From Candidatus Minthosoma caballi (GTDB lineage Bacteria; Bacteroidota; Bacteroidia; Bacteroidales; Bacteroidaceae), in NCBI GenBank assembly GCA_018064505.1, contig JAGHVC010000024.1:28845-92844 (forward strand): a stretch of 64,000 nt of DNA. Direction: 5' to 3'. Each line of letters starts with the position of its first letter. Within the stretch, counting starts at the first letter, position 1. Positions 35,500-44,707 of this stretch are shown here, piece by piece. The position numbers and the translations under genes were made by a program. Under the pieces are notes generated by a model. It ran no database searches. It saw nothing but the letters and a program-made list of their open reading frames with translations, and was not told the DNA's origin.

Positions 35500-37551
35500 T
35501 CAACTCTTAAGCTCTGGATACGAAATTCTTGTATGATAAATAGTTTTCAGTTTCTCTTGCAGCACGCTCTTTGCAACAGCAATATCCTTGAAAGTGATAG
35601 AGCTTTCGCTAAAGAAGCCGTCGGCCACCTGACCGTCAATAATCCTATCGACAAGGCTATTGATGCTTTCCTCTGTGTATTCTGGCAATGATCGTGAAGC
35701 AGCCTCAACAGCATCACACATCATTAATATCGCTTCTTCCTTACTGCTCGGATTTGGACCCGGGTATGTGAACAACTTCTCGTCCACCTTTTCATCGGGA
35801 TGCTCATTCTTGTATGTTACATAGAAGAACTTTGCCTTACCCACTCCGTGGTGAGTCGTGATGAATCGCTTTATTGTGTCAGGAATGTGATTCTTCTCCG
35901 CCAAAGCAATACCATTATACACATGGGCAATGATGACCTCCGCGCTCTTCAAAGCTGTAAGGTGCTTGTGAGGAGAGATACCATTCTGATTTTCAGTAAA
36001 GAATACGGGGCGTTCCATTTTGCCAATGTCATGATAGAGAGCACCTGTACGCACCAGCTGAGCCTTTGCGCCAATCTTGTTTGCCACCTCAGCACTGAGA
36101 TTTGCAACTTGCATCGAATGCTGGAAAGTGCCAGGAGCCACCTCCGTCATGCGCTGAAGCAGAGGATTGTTGATGTTGCTTAGCTCAACAAGGGTGACAT
36201 CACTCACGAAGCCAAACAACTTCTCAAGCATCCAAAGAAGCGGATAGGCGAACAGAAGCAAAACTCCATTCACGCCAAAGCACACATACATCCATGTGTC
36301 GGGATTGAAGTCATTTTCATGAATGAGAGAATAGCTTGTGTAGAACACAACATATACCAAGAAGATAACTACTGCTGTGCGTATAATCTGCGAGCGCTCA
36401 GAAAGCTCCCTAAGCATCTGGATTGCCACCATGCCCGCAGTCAGCTGCACAATCACAAACTCGTAGTTACTCTCCAGCATCAGCGAGATGATAAGCACCA
36501 TGGCGCAATGGAACATGAATGCGGTACGCGAGTCCATGAACACGCGAATGATTATTGGCACCATACAGCATGGCAACATAAATACATTCAGGAACTTATG
36601 CGACACCATCAGCGATGCTATAATACAAAACAACACTGGCAAAGCAAACAGCATAATTCCACTGCGATAGTTGTCGAAATAGTCTTCGCGGAAAAGCGTC
36701 AAATATGTGACGAGCGAGATGAATATGACAAGCACAAACACCGACTGCCCCAGTGCCTTGAAAGAAATGTGGTCAGACACCACCACATGCTTCGACATTT
36801 CCTTTTCATACGACTTCAGAATATTGTAAACTTCCTCGGTCACCAACTCGCCACGGTCCACAATCTTTTGTCCCGCCAGCACGAATCCGTTAGACAGGGT
36901 TATATTCTTGATCGCCTCGCTCAGCTCTGCCTCCGACTTCATGTTGTCATAGGTAAGGTTTGGCGAGATGAACTCATTTATATTATACTCTTGCAATACG
37001 AGGCGCGAATACTTATCCGACTCATCAGTCATGATATACTCGTATGCCGAGCGTGTAGAAAACACATCTTTCAGCTGCACAGGCGTTGCCTGATTATCCC
37101 TCACGATGCGTATCGACTTCTGCCCCTTATCCTTCAATGCCGAGTAGTCATCCACTGACAACACACCATGCTTATACACAGTGTCGAGCAAAGCGGTAAT
37201 GTGCTTCACATACATAGCAGCATTCTGTCCATTCCACTCCTTAGAGCCATTAGCTTTCAATCGGAGCATCATGGTGTCCTTCACTGCCACATCTGCATTA
37301 TAATAAGGTTGAAACCTACGCGCAATGCTATCCTGCTCCCTATGCATAACAGAGTCGTTTTTATAGATAGGGAACTTGAAAGTTGACATCAGCTGTCCGT
37401 ACTTCCAAGGCTTGTTCACCTCATACTGGAAGCCGAATTCCTCGCCTCGAGGCATGAAATAGACAATCAAGGCAGTGGCAACCACTGTCAGCACTATCTT
37501 CATCATCAAGCGAGTTCTGTCGTTGCGTCTTTGCTGCTTTGTAGGTTTCAT
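35500..37551 (-). CDS. pgpH: 7TM-HD membrane phosphohydrolase (PgpH/YqfF-like HDIG protein)
   Basis: 683 aa. It has an extracytoplasmic N-domain, seven TM helices, and a C-terminal HD domain (HSMQVANL...LYHDIGKM...HHG). This architecture matches the c-di-AMP phosphodiesterase PgpH family. Confidence 0.75.
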   Translation of the reverse strand: MKPTKQQRRNDRTRLMMKIVLTVVATALIVYFMPRGEEFGFQYEVNKPWKYGQLMSTFKFPIYKNDSVMHREQDSIARRFQPYYNADVAVKDTMMLRLKANGSKEWNGQNAAMYVKHITALLDTVYKHGVLSVDDYSALKDKGQKSIRIVRDNQATPVQLKDVFSTRSAYEYIMTDESDKYSRLVLQEYNINEFISPNLTYDNMKSEAELSEAIKNITLSNGFVLAGQKIVDRGELVTEEVYNILKSYEKEMSKHVVVSDHISFKALGQSVFVLVIFISLVTYLTLFREDYFDNYRSGIMLFALPVLFCIIASLMVSHKFLNVFMLPCCMVPIIIRVFMDSRTAFMFHCAMVLIISLMLESNYEFVIVQLTAGMVAIQMLRELSERSQIIRTAVVIFLVYVVFYTSYSLIHENDFNPDTWMYVCFGVNGVLLLFAYPLLWMLEKLFGFVSDVTLVELSNINNPLLQRMTEVAPGTFQHSMQVANLSAEVANKIGAKAQLVRTGALYHDIGKMERPVFFTENQNGISPHKHLTALKSAEVIIAHVYNGIALAEKNHIPDTIKRFITTHHGVGKAKFFYVTYKNEHPDEKVDEKLFTYPGPNPSSKEEAILMMCDAVEAASRSLPEYTEESINSLVDRIIDGQVADGFFSESSITFKDIAVAKSVLQEKLKTIYHTRISYPELKS

Positions 37552-37557
37552 TAAAAT

Positions 37558-37610
37558 AAGTTCTTAAGTTTGAAGATTCTTGAGTTTGAAGATTCTTGAG
37601 TTCTTAAGTT
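37558..37610 (-). repeat. CTTAAGAACT intergenic repeat, expanded copy with a 16-bp tandem duplication
   Basis: In gene orientation: TAACTTAAGAACTCAAGAATCTTCAAACTCAAGAATCTTCAAACTTAAGAACTTA. The plus strand shows TGAAGATTCTTGAGTT twice (37571-37586 and 37587-37602). It lies directly after the thrC stop. Confidence 0.75.
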
Positions 37611-38919
37611 ACTGCTTCAACAAGAACTGCTTAAACTCACCAAACTCCTTGCTCATTTCCACGCTCTGCTTGGTGCCGTTCATGAACGCAGCAAGCTTAG
37701 CTGGAATCTCAACATCAGAGTTGATGATGCTTTCCACAGTGTCCTTGAACTTAGCAGGATGAGCAGTCTCAAGGAACACGCCCACTTCGCCTGGCTGCAA
37801 TCCCTCTTTCAATGCACGATAACCACAAGCACCATGAGGATCGCAGAGGTAGCCTGTTTCTGTTTTCACCTCCTTGATAGTCTCTGCAATCTGTTCATCC
37901 TTGTATGTTGCGCCGCTGATGTCAGCACAAATAGCAGCATGGTCCTTATTGTAGAGGTCATAGATACGAGCGAAGTTGCTTGGATCGCCCACATCCATTG
38001 CGTTTGCAATAGTCTGCACAGAAGCCTTTGGCTCATAGCTACCTGTCTGCAAATACTTGAAGAAGATATCGTTAGCATTGTTAGCAGCAATGAAGCGCTT
38101 GATTGGCAATCCCATCTTCTTACCAAAGAGAGCCGAGCAGATGTTACCAAAGTTGCCAGAAGGCACACACACTACCATCTGGTCAGCCAAACCGGCCTTT
38201 TTCATCTGAGCGTATGCATAAAAATAGTAGAATGCCTGAGGCAAGAAGCGTGCCACATTGATAGAGTTTGCGCTCGTCAGCTTCATGTGAGCATTCAAAT
38301 CTGCATCCATAAACGCATTCTTCACCAATGCCTGGCAGTCGTCAAACACGCCATCAACCTCAACTGCAGTGATATTCTTACCAAGAGTAGTGAACTGGCA
38401 TTCCTGAATTGGCGACACTTTACCCTTTGGATAAAGCACATACACACGAATGCCATCTACACCGAGGAATCCATTTGCTACTGCAGAGCCTGTATCGCCA
38501 GAAGTTGCTACAAGCACATTGACCTCACTGCCATTATTCTCCTTCTTTAAGAAATACTGAAGAAGACGAGCCATGAAACGAGCACCTACATCCTTGAAAG
38601 CAAGAGTCGGGCCATGGAACAATTCCAAAGAATAGATTGTGTCTGTCACCTTCACGCAAGGGCAGTCAAACTGCAATGTGTCATACACGATTGCCTTCAA
38701 GCTCTCAGCATCCACATCCTCGCCGAAGAATGCATCAGCCACTGTATATGCTATCTCTTGAAAAGAAAGATTCTCGATGTTGTCAAAGAACTCCTTTGGC
38801 AGAGCCTTGATACGCTCTGGCATATAAAGTCCCTTATCCTCTGCAAGCCCCTTTACTACAGCTTTCTCCAACGAAGCTATTGGCGCCTTACCGTTTGTGC
38901 TATAAAAATTCATTGTCAA
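37609..38919 (-). CDS. thrC: Threonine synthase
   Basis: 436 aa. ELFHGPTLAFKDVGARFMA contains the PLP-lysine motif of long-form ThrC (E. coli: ELFHGPTLAFKDFGGRFMA). Confidence 0.92.
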   Translation of the reverse strand: MTMNFYSTNGKAPIASLEKAVVKGLAEDKGLYMPERIKALPKEFFDNIENLSFQEIAYTVADAFFGEDVDAESLKAIVYDTLQFDCPCVKVTDTIYSLELFHGPTLAFKDVGARFMARLLQYFLKKENNGSEVNVLVATSGDTGSAVANGFLGVDGIRVYVLYPKGKVSPIQECQFTTLGKNITAVEVDGVFDDCQALVKNAFMDADLNAHMKLTSANSINVARFLPQAFYYFYAYAQMKKAGLADQMVVCVPSGNFGNICSALFGKKMGLPIKRFIAANNANDIFFKYLQTGSYEPKASVQTIANAMDVGDPSNFARIYDLYNKDHAAICADISGATYKDEQIAETIKEVKTETGYLCDPHGACGYRALKEGLQPGEVGVFLETAHPAKFKDTVESIINSDVEIPAKLAAFMNGTKQSVEMSKEFGEFKQFLLKQ

Positions 38920-38944
38920 TTGGGTATAATTTGGTAATTTGGTG

Positions 38945-38952
38945 CAAAGTTA
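38945..38952 (-). promoter_or_regulatory. Candidate internal -7 box (TAACTTTG) upstream of thrC
   Basis: The reverse strand reads TAACTTTG, 25 nt upstream of the thrC ATG (38919). It lies within a 347-bp gap in the thr cluster. Confidence 0.45.
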
Positions 38953-39266
38953 CGCCTTTTCTTTCGATACTCAAAGGTTTCTGTATTGAAAAATGCTGAT
39001 TACCACATTATTGTTACCTAAAAAGATGGTAATTTGCAAATCTCACAACCGCAATTAAGATGAAATAAAGACGATAAAACAAAGCGAAACTTGCGTTTTT
39101 TAAGCCACAAGTCCCGCTTTCGCCAATCATAAGTTCCGTTTTGTGAGTCGCAACTTATGTAATTGTTATTTTCTAAGTTTCTTTAGAGCAGAGATTGCTC
39201 TATTCTTTTTATGGAACAACATGAAAGAACACTGATATTGTCAAATGTTTCTTCTATTTATCCTAA

Positions 39267-40568
39267 TCAATCTACATTCATAAATGCACGAATGAACTCG
39301 TCCTTTTCGAGAAGTCCATAATAGCCATTCTTGCAACTTAATTCATCGAATGTCTCCACGCTGTCTGGCTGAATGCCAGGAGCATAGATAAGGAATGGAA
39401 TTGGCTCGTTAGTGTGAGTACGATGCGCCACAGGAGTTGGATGGTCAGGAAGCACTGCAATGGCAACAGGCTCAAGGTCTGCTGTCGGCGTACCAGGCTT
39501 GCCCCAATCCTTCACGGCCTCGTAGATAGGTCCTATAGCACGACGATCAAGATAATCGATAGTGGAAAGCTTGAGTTCAAGGTTGCCATCGTGTCCGGCT
39601 TCGTCAGATGCTTCTATGTGGAGATAGACAAAGTCGTCTGTCTTGAGAGCATCAACAGCAGCAGCCGCTTTCCCCTCATAGTTAGTGTCGGCAAGGCCTG
39701 TTGCACCTTTCACATCAATAACACGAAGCCCCGCCAATGCACCGATGCCACGAATGAGGTCGACTGCTGTTATTACTGATCCGCGCTTTATCTGAGGGAA
39801 AATCGTAGTAACAGGCACCATGTGAGGACGATAACCTCCTGCCCACGGCCAGATGCTGTTGGCCGGATCCTTGCCCTCGGCTATGCGCTGAGTATTGAAT
39901 GGATGAGCAGAGAGAAGCTTCTGCGACTTGATAATGAGTAGATTAATGAGTTCTGCAGTCTCTGTTGCAGAGAGTTTACTCTTTATGTCGCTAGCAGCTT
40001 CTGCTTCGAGATCTGGCTGCACAAGGAGAGGTTTCCAAGGCTTCAGAGGTACATCGTGAGGAGGCGTGCACTTGAGATGCTTGCTGCCTCCGTTGACAAC
40101 GAGAAGGTGACGATACTGCACTCCTGTGTAGAAATGAACAATGTGACCATACTTTTCCACCACCTCTGTATCGTTGGCAAGGTGCTCCTGCAGGTATTTG
40201 ATGAGGATGTCCCCCTCTGCTGTTTCGAGATGACCACAAGAGTGATTCTTGATGTGGTCACCTTCGATGCAGATTATGTTGCAACGGATAGCCATGTCAT
40301 CTGGGGCAAGTTCCACGCCGATGCTGGCAGCCTCAAGCGGTCCGCGTCCTTCGTACACTTCATTTTGGTCATAACCAAGGATGCTGCTATTTGCAACTTC
40401 ACTGCCTGGGTGGAACCCGTCTTGCACGGTCTTAAGCATGCCTGTCCGTCCATTCTTGGCAAGCATGTCCATGTATGGAGTGTTGGCGTACTGGAGCAGA
40501 GTCTTATTGCCAAGTGATTCCACTGGCCAATCTGCCATTCCGTCGCCAAGAATAATCAAATGTTTCAT
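39267..40568 (-). CDS. Cofactor-independent phosphoglycerate mutase-like protein (archaeal ApgM type), in the thrB position
   Basis: 433 aa. MKHLIILGDGMADWP...GSEVANSSILGYD...HIEASDEAGHDGN...LPDHPTP are metalloenzyme (alkaline phosphatase superfamily) iPGM motifs. It lies between thrA and thrC. Confidence 0.75.
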   Translation of the reverse strand: MKHLIILGDGMADWPVESLGNKTLLQYANTPYMDMLAKNGRTGMLKTVQDGFHPGSEVANSSILGYDQNEVYEGRGPLEAASIGVELAPDDMAIRCNIICIEGDHIKNHSCGHLETAEGDILIKYLQEHLANDTEVVEKYGHIVHFYTGVQYRHLLVVNGGSKHLKCTPPHDVPLKPWKPLLVQPDLEAEAASDIKSKLSATETAELINLLIIKSQKLLSAHPFNTQRIAEGKDPANSIWPWAGGYRPHMVPVTTIFPQIKRGSVITAVDLIRGIGALAGLRVIDVKGATGLADTNYEGKAAAAVDALKTDDFVYLHIEASDEAGHDGNLELKLSTIDYLDRRAIGPIYEAVKDWGKPGTPTADLEPVAIAVLPDHPTPVAHRTHTNEPIPFLIYAPGIQPDSVETFDELSCKNGYYGLLEKDEFIRAFMNVD

Positions 40569-40689
40569 ATTGTTGTAAAGGTTAAAAATTAAAGGTTTAA
40601 GAGATAATAACTTGCCTGTGGGAATAGAAGTCTTTCCGCATACAATGTGATATTTCTTTAACCTCTATAGCCTTTAAACCTATATTATA

Positions 40690-43170
40690 TTAAATGTTAG
40701 CGATAGACATAATGTCGGCGAATACGCCGGCAGCTGTTACTGATGCACCTGCTCCATAGCCCTGAATGAGCATTGGGTACTCATGATAGCGCTCTGTAGT
40801 GATAAGAATGATGTTGTTAGAGCCTTCAAGGTCGTAGAATGGATGGTGCTCATCAACACGCTGGAGGGATACACTGCCTTTGCCATTCTCAAGCTTAGCC
40901 ACAAAACGCCAGTGCTGCTTGCTTGCCTCCACTTGACGACGCTCCGCCTCAAACTGTGCATCGAGCGATGGAAGGTTCTTCCAAAACTCGTCAAGAGTTC
41001 CTTCGAAGAAAGAATTTGGAATGAAGAGCTGCTTCTCCACATCTTCTTGGCTTAGCTTATAACCAGCCTCGCGTGAGAGGATGACGAGCTTGCGAATAAC
41101 ATCTTTTCCAGAGAGGTCGATGCGTGGATCAGGCTCTGCATAACCCTCTTCTTTGGCAAGACGAACTGTCTCCGAGAATGGCACATCTGCAGAAATTGTG
41201 TTGAAAATATAATTGAGGGTGCCAGAAAGCACTGCTTCGAGCTTAAGAATCTTGTCTCCTGAGTTGATGAGGTCGTTGATTGTGTTAATGATAGGAAGAC
41301 CTGCACCCACATTAGTTTCAAAGAGATACTTGACACCACGCTTGCGAGCTGTCTGCTTGAGCACAGCATAGTTGTCGTAGTCACTTGATGCCGCAACCTT
41401 ATTAGCTGCAACAACAGAAATATTGTTGCTAAGGAAATCGTGGTAGAGCGATGCAACATCAGCACTTGCTGTACAATCCACAAACACGCTGTTGAAAATG
41501 TTCATGCCAACCACTTCATTCTTAAGACGCTCGAGGTTGCTTGACTCGGCAGACTTAAGGTGAGCACGAAGAGCTGTGATAGAGAATGAGCCATCCTCCA
41601 CAAACTGGGCGAGGTCAATACCTTCACGACTGAAAATAGCGTTATGACCACTGGCTATGCCTACGACATTGAGTTTGAGGTTGCGCTCCTTTTTCAGCTT
41701 TTCCTGCTGATTGGCTATCTGAGAAAGGAGACTTCCACCTACAGTACCTACTCCACAAAGGAAGATGTTAAGCACTTGGTACTCAGACAAGAAAAAACTG
41801 TCATGTATTACATTGAGAGACTTGCGCAAAGACTTGCTCTCAACGACAAACGAGATATTTGTCTCGCTGGCACCCTGAGCACATGCGATTACACTGATAC
41901 CATTGCGGCCGAGTGTGCCAAAGAGCTTGCCAGCAATACCAGGAGTGTGCTTCATGTTCTCACCTACAATTGCCACGGTAGCAAGGTCGCTCTCAAGCTT
42001 CATCTTGTACATGGCTCCCATCTCTATCTCCTTTGCAAACTCATCGTTGAGCACCTCACAAGCACGATCAGCATCTTCGTTGCGGACACCTATAGAAGTT
42101 GAATTCTCAGATGATGCCTGGCTGACCATAAACACGCTTATGCCTGCTGTTGCAAGAGAGCTGAAGATGCGCTGATTGACACCAATCACACCGACCATCG
42201 ATAGGCCGCTGACTGTGATAAGGCTTGTATTGTTGATAGATGAAATACCCTTGATTGCGCGATTTGAGTCGCCGCTATCAGCTGTGATGATTGTACCTTT
42301 GTCCTCTGGGCGGAATGTATTCTTGATGAGAATTGGAATATTCTTCACACAAACTGGGTAGATTGTTGGAGGATACACTACCTTTGCGCCGAAGTTGCAG
42401 AGCTCAGTAGCCTCAACATACGAGAGTTTGTCAATAGGATAAGCGGTGTTAATGACGCGAGGGTCAGCAGTCATAAAGCCACTCACATCTGTCCAGATTT
42501 CAAGCACTTCCGCATTGAGTTCTGCTGCAAGAATCGCTGCAGTGTAGTCAGAACCGCCACGGCCAAGGTTTGTAACCTCACCTGTGACAACATCTGTAGA
42601 GATGAAGCCAGGAGCAAGGCACACAGTATGACTAGCCTTACCCTCTATGAAATCCTTAAACGCCTCCTGAATGAGAGGGGAGCTAACACTTGTAGAGAAA
42701 AGGTTCTTACCCTGCTTTTTCTTTGTCTTTATGAAAGACAGAGAATTGTACCACTGAGCATTATCAATTAGAGTGGCAACTATCTGGCTAGACATACGCT
42801 CGCCATAAGAAACGATGGCGTTGCTTGTTTTCTCGCTAAGGTCGCGAATAAGATAAACGCCCTGATATATGCTTCTAAGCTCGCCAAGAAGAGTATCAAC
42901 TGTGGCGAGCAATTTTGTTCGTGCGGTAGTGTCGGTGATGATGGTTTCAATCATCTTATGATGACGCTCCACCATCTCATTATATGAGTCAATGTAGGCA
43001 GCATCACCTGACACTGCCTTCTGGCTGGTGGCAATGAGCTTGTCGGTAAGTCCGCCAAGTGCAGACACAACAACAATTACAGGCTCATCGCAAGCCTCTA
43101 CGATTTTCTTCAGATTGAGAATGCTTTCTACGGAACCTACGGATGTTCCGCCAAACTTTAATACTTTCAC
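40690..43170 (-). CDS. thrA: Bifunctional aspartokinase / homoserine dehydrogenase
   Basis: 826 aa with a GTG start. The aspartokinase N-terminus is KVLKFGGTSVGS. It has ACT regions and a C-terminal homoserine dehydrogenase domain (GVGTVGGSL...GAGAGVTAAGVFADI-like end). Confidence 0.92.
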   Translation of the reverse strand: MKVLKFGGTSVGSVESILNLKKIVEACDEPVIVVVSALGGLTDKLIATSQKAVSGDAAYIDSYNEMVERHHKMIETIITDTTARTKLLATVDTLLGELRSIYQGVYLIRDLSEKTSNAIVSYGERMSSQIVATLIDNAQWYNSLSFIKTKKKQGKNLFSTSVSSPLIQEAFKDFIEGKASHTVCLAPGFISTDVVTGEVTNLGRGGSDYTAAILAAELNAEVLEIWTDVSGFMTADPRVINTAYPIDKLSYVEATELCNFGAKVVYPPTIYPVCVKNIPILIKNTFRPEDKGTIITADSGDSNRAIKGISSINNTSLITVSGLSMVGVIGVNQRIFSSLATAGISVFMVSQASSENSTSIGVRNEDADRACEVLNDEFAKEIEMGAMYKMKLESDLATVAIVGENMKHTPGIAGKLFGTLGRNGISVIACAQGASETNISFVVESKSLRKSLNVIHDSFFLSEYQVLNIFLCGVGTVGGSLLSQIANQQEKLKKERNLKLNVVGIASGHNAIFSREGIDLAQFVEDGSFSITALRAHLKSAESSNLERLKNEVVGMNIFNSVFVDCTASADVASLYHDFLSNNISVVAANKVAASSDYDNYAVLKQTARKRGVKYLFETNVGAGLPIINTINDLINSGDKILKLEAVLSGTLNYIFNTISADVPFSETVRLAKEEGYAEPDPRIDLSGKDVIRKLVILSREAGYKLSQEDVEKQLFIPNSFFEGTLDEFWKNLPSLDAQFEAERRQVEASKQHWRFVAKLENGKGSVSLQRVDEHHPFYDLEGSNNIILITTERYHEYPMLIQGYGAGASVTAAGVFADIMSIANI

Positions 43171-43303
43171 TTTGGAAATTTGAGATTAAAAGTTAAAAAT
43201 AAATTATAAAAAAAAGTGACACCAGCACCCAGTGTAGCCAGAAATACGAGATCTGCATGACATTTAACACTGACGCTCAAAAGGGACACTCCCATTAAAA
43301 ATA

Positions 43304-43311
43304 CAAAATTA
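43304..43311 (-). promoter_or_regulatory. Candidate -7 box (TAATTTTG) for thrA
   Basis: The reverse strand reads TAATTTTG. It implies a leader of about 125 nt before the GTG at 43170. Confidence 0.45.
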
Positions 43312-43465
43312 CGACATTTCCACGAACTGACCAAAATTTATTGCTCAAAAAAAGAATTGCCATCCTTTTATGGACAGCAACCACATGTTTTTTCAAAAAG
43401 CAGAAGTTTTCAGCACATAAAACAGCACAAGCTCTCACTTACAAAAATGGTCATGTACATATACG

Positions 43466-43509
43466 AAAAAAAATCTGCACCAGCACCTATGTTGAGGAAC
43501 CAATGCAGA
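43466..43509 (-). terminator. Putative terminator of the T9SS operon (after gldN)
   Basis: Reverse strand: UCUGCA-(loop with wobble-extended stem)-UGCAGA followed by U8 (plus-strand A8 at 43466-43473). Confidence 0.55.
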
Positions 43510-43580
43510 CTTTAATCTTATACAAATTGTCTTGTAAACGAAATTGCGGATGAGTACAGACTTGGTAATTCACGAAGGAA

Positions 43581-44669
43581 TTAGTGTCTTTGACGACGAA
43601 CTGACACCCGTGGAGCACCACTTGATGCACTGCTCGAACTGCTTGACTTGCTACCCTTCGAAGAAGATGCAGATGTCCCACCACGACGAGATGTGCGTGA
43701 AGCTGATGAAGATGCAGAAGACGACTTGACTTTCTTGCCCTTAGAAGAGGCCTCTGCTGCAATAGAATCCTTCTTAGCCTGAGCAATGGAATCAATAGGC
43801 TCTTTCCATATATGCTCCTCGAAATCTGACATTTCCTTTTCAATGCGAGTCTGTTCCTTCTTAAGGAGGCTATCAGTAGGGAAAAGCTCCTGAAGAGCCT
43901 TGTTCTGCATGTTGGTTGTCATGTAAATCTTTCCCTGATAGTGATTAGTGGAGAAGAAATCGTCCATAGACATCTTGGCTGCATTATTCACATTGCTTGT
44001 CATCACCATATGATTGCTAAGATGCTTGGACACATCCTCATACTTCACCCAGAAAAGAGGGTACTTTAATGCCTCATAGCTAAAGTCGTCAGCACGATGA
44101 AGCACTGGACAAATAGCAACGACGCGACTATGATATGTAGCTGTATTCTGGTCGTAATAACTGCTCTCTTTCACATAGAAGCTAAGCACCTCTGAAGATG
44201 GAATATCCGAAGGATCAACATTAATGCTATTGCCATTTATCTGATAAGGAATCTTGTATCTGTCAAGCATATCCTTGAAATGCATACGGTTAGCCTGACG
44301 AAAGTCTTCTACTCCATCGAGTTTATACTGATAAGCAGGAATCTGTCCCTTGTTGAGCAACTGGAAGAGAAGCGTGAAGAGATTAACATCATCGCCTCGA
44401 GCCTCAACAGGGAAATAAAGCGCTGCATTTTCATCTTTCTGAAGATCGAGCACACGATAGATATCACGACGCCAAGTCACTTCCTCTGGTACATCAACAG
44501 CTGTAGGGAACATCAAAGCTGCACGGCTGCTTGAAGCCGCCTGCTGAGTGCGTGTTGCTGCTGTGCGGTTGTTTGTCTGCACTCTGCTCTTCTGAGGCTG
44601 AGCCAACACGAGAGTGAAGAGTGAAGAGTGAAGAAGTAATAATGAAAGTATGAATAGTTTTCTTCTCAT
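43581..44669 (-). CDS. gldN: T9SS ring protein GldN/PorN with a Ser-rich basic C-terminal tail
   Basis: 362 aa with a signal peptide. It is the last gene of the porP-gldKLM-N order. The tail is AAEASSKGKKVKSSSASSSASRTSRRGGTSASSSKGSKSSSSSSASSGAPRVSVRRQRH. Confidence 0.75.
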   Translation of the reverse strand: MRRKLFILSLLLLHSSLFTLVLAQPQKSRVQTNNRTAATRTQQAASSSRAALMFPTAVDVPEEVTWRRDIYRVLDLQKDENAALYFPVEARGDDVNLFTLLFQLLNKGQIPAYQYKLDGVEDFRQANRMHFKDMLDRYKIPYQINGNSINVDPSDIPSSEVLSFYVKESSYYDQNTATYHSRVVAICPVLHRADDFSYEALKYPLFWVKYEDVSKHLSNHMVMTSNVNNAAKMSMDDFFSTNHYQGKIYMTTNMQNKALQELFPTDSLLKKEQTRIEKEMSDFEEHIWKEPIDSIAQAKKDSIAAEASSKGKKVKSSSASSSASRTSRRGGTSASSSKGSKSSSSSSASSGAPRVSVRRQRH

Positions 44670-44707
44670 AATCTTATTGTATTTACCAATGAAGGAGACA
44701 CTTCATT

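Noticed and set aside
43171-43300. A classical leader-peptide attenuator for thrA.
   Set aside because: The three small ORFs in the leader (for example MGVSLLSVSVKCHADLVFLATLGAGVTFFL) contain no run of Thr/Ile codons. Only the terminator-like U8 structure is retained, as a low-interest finding.
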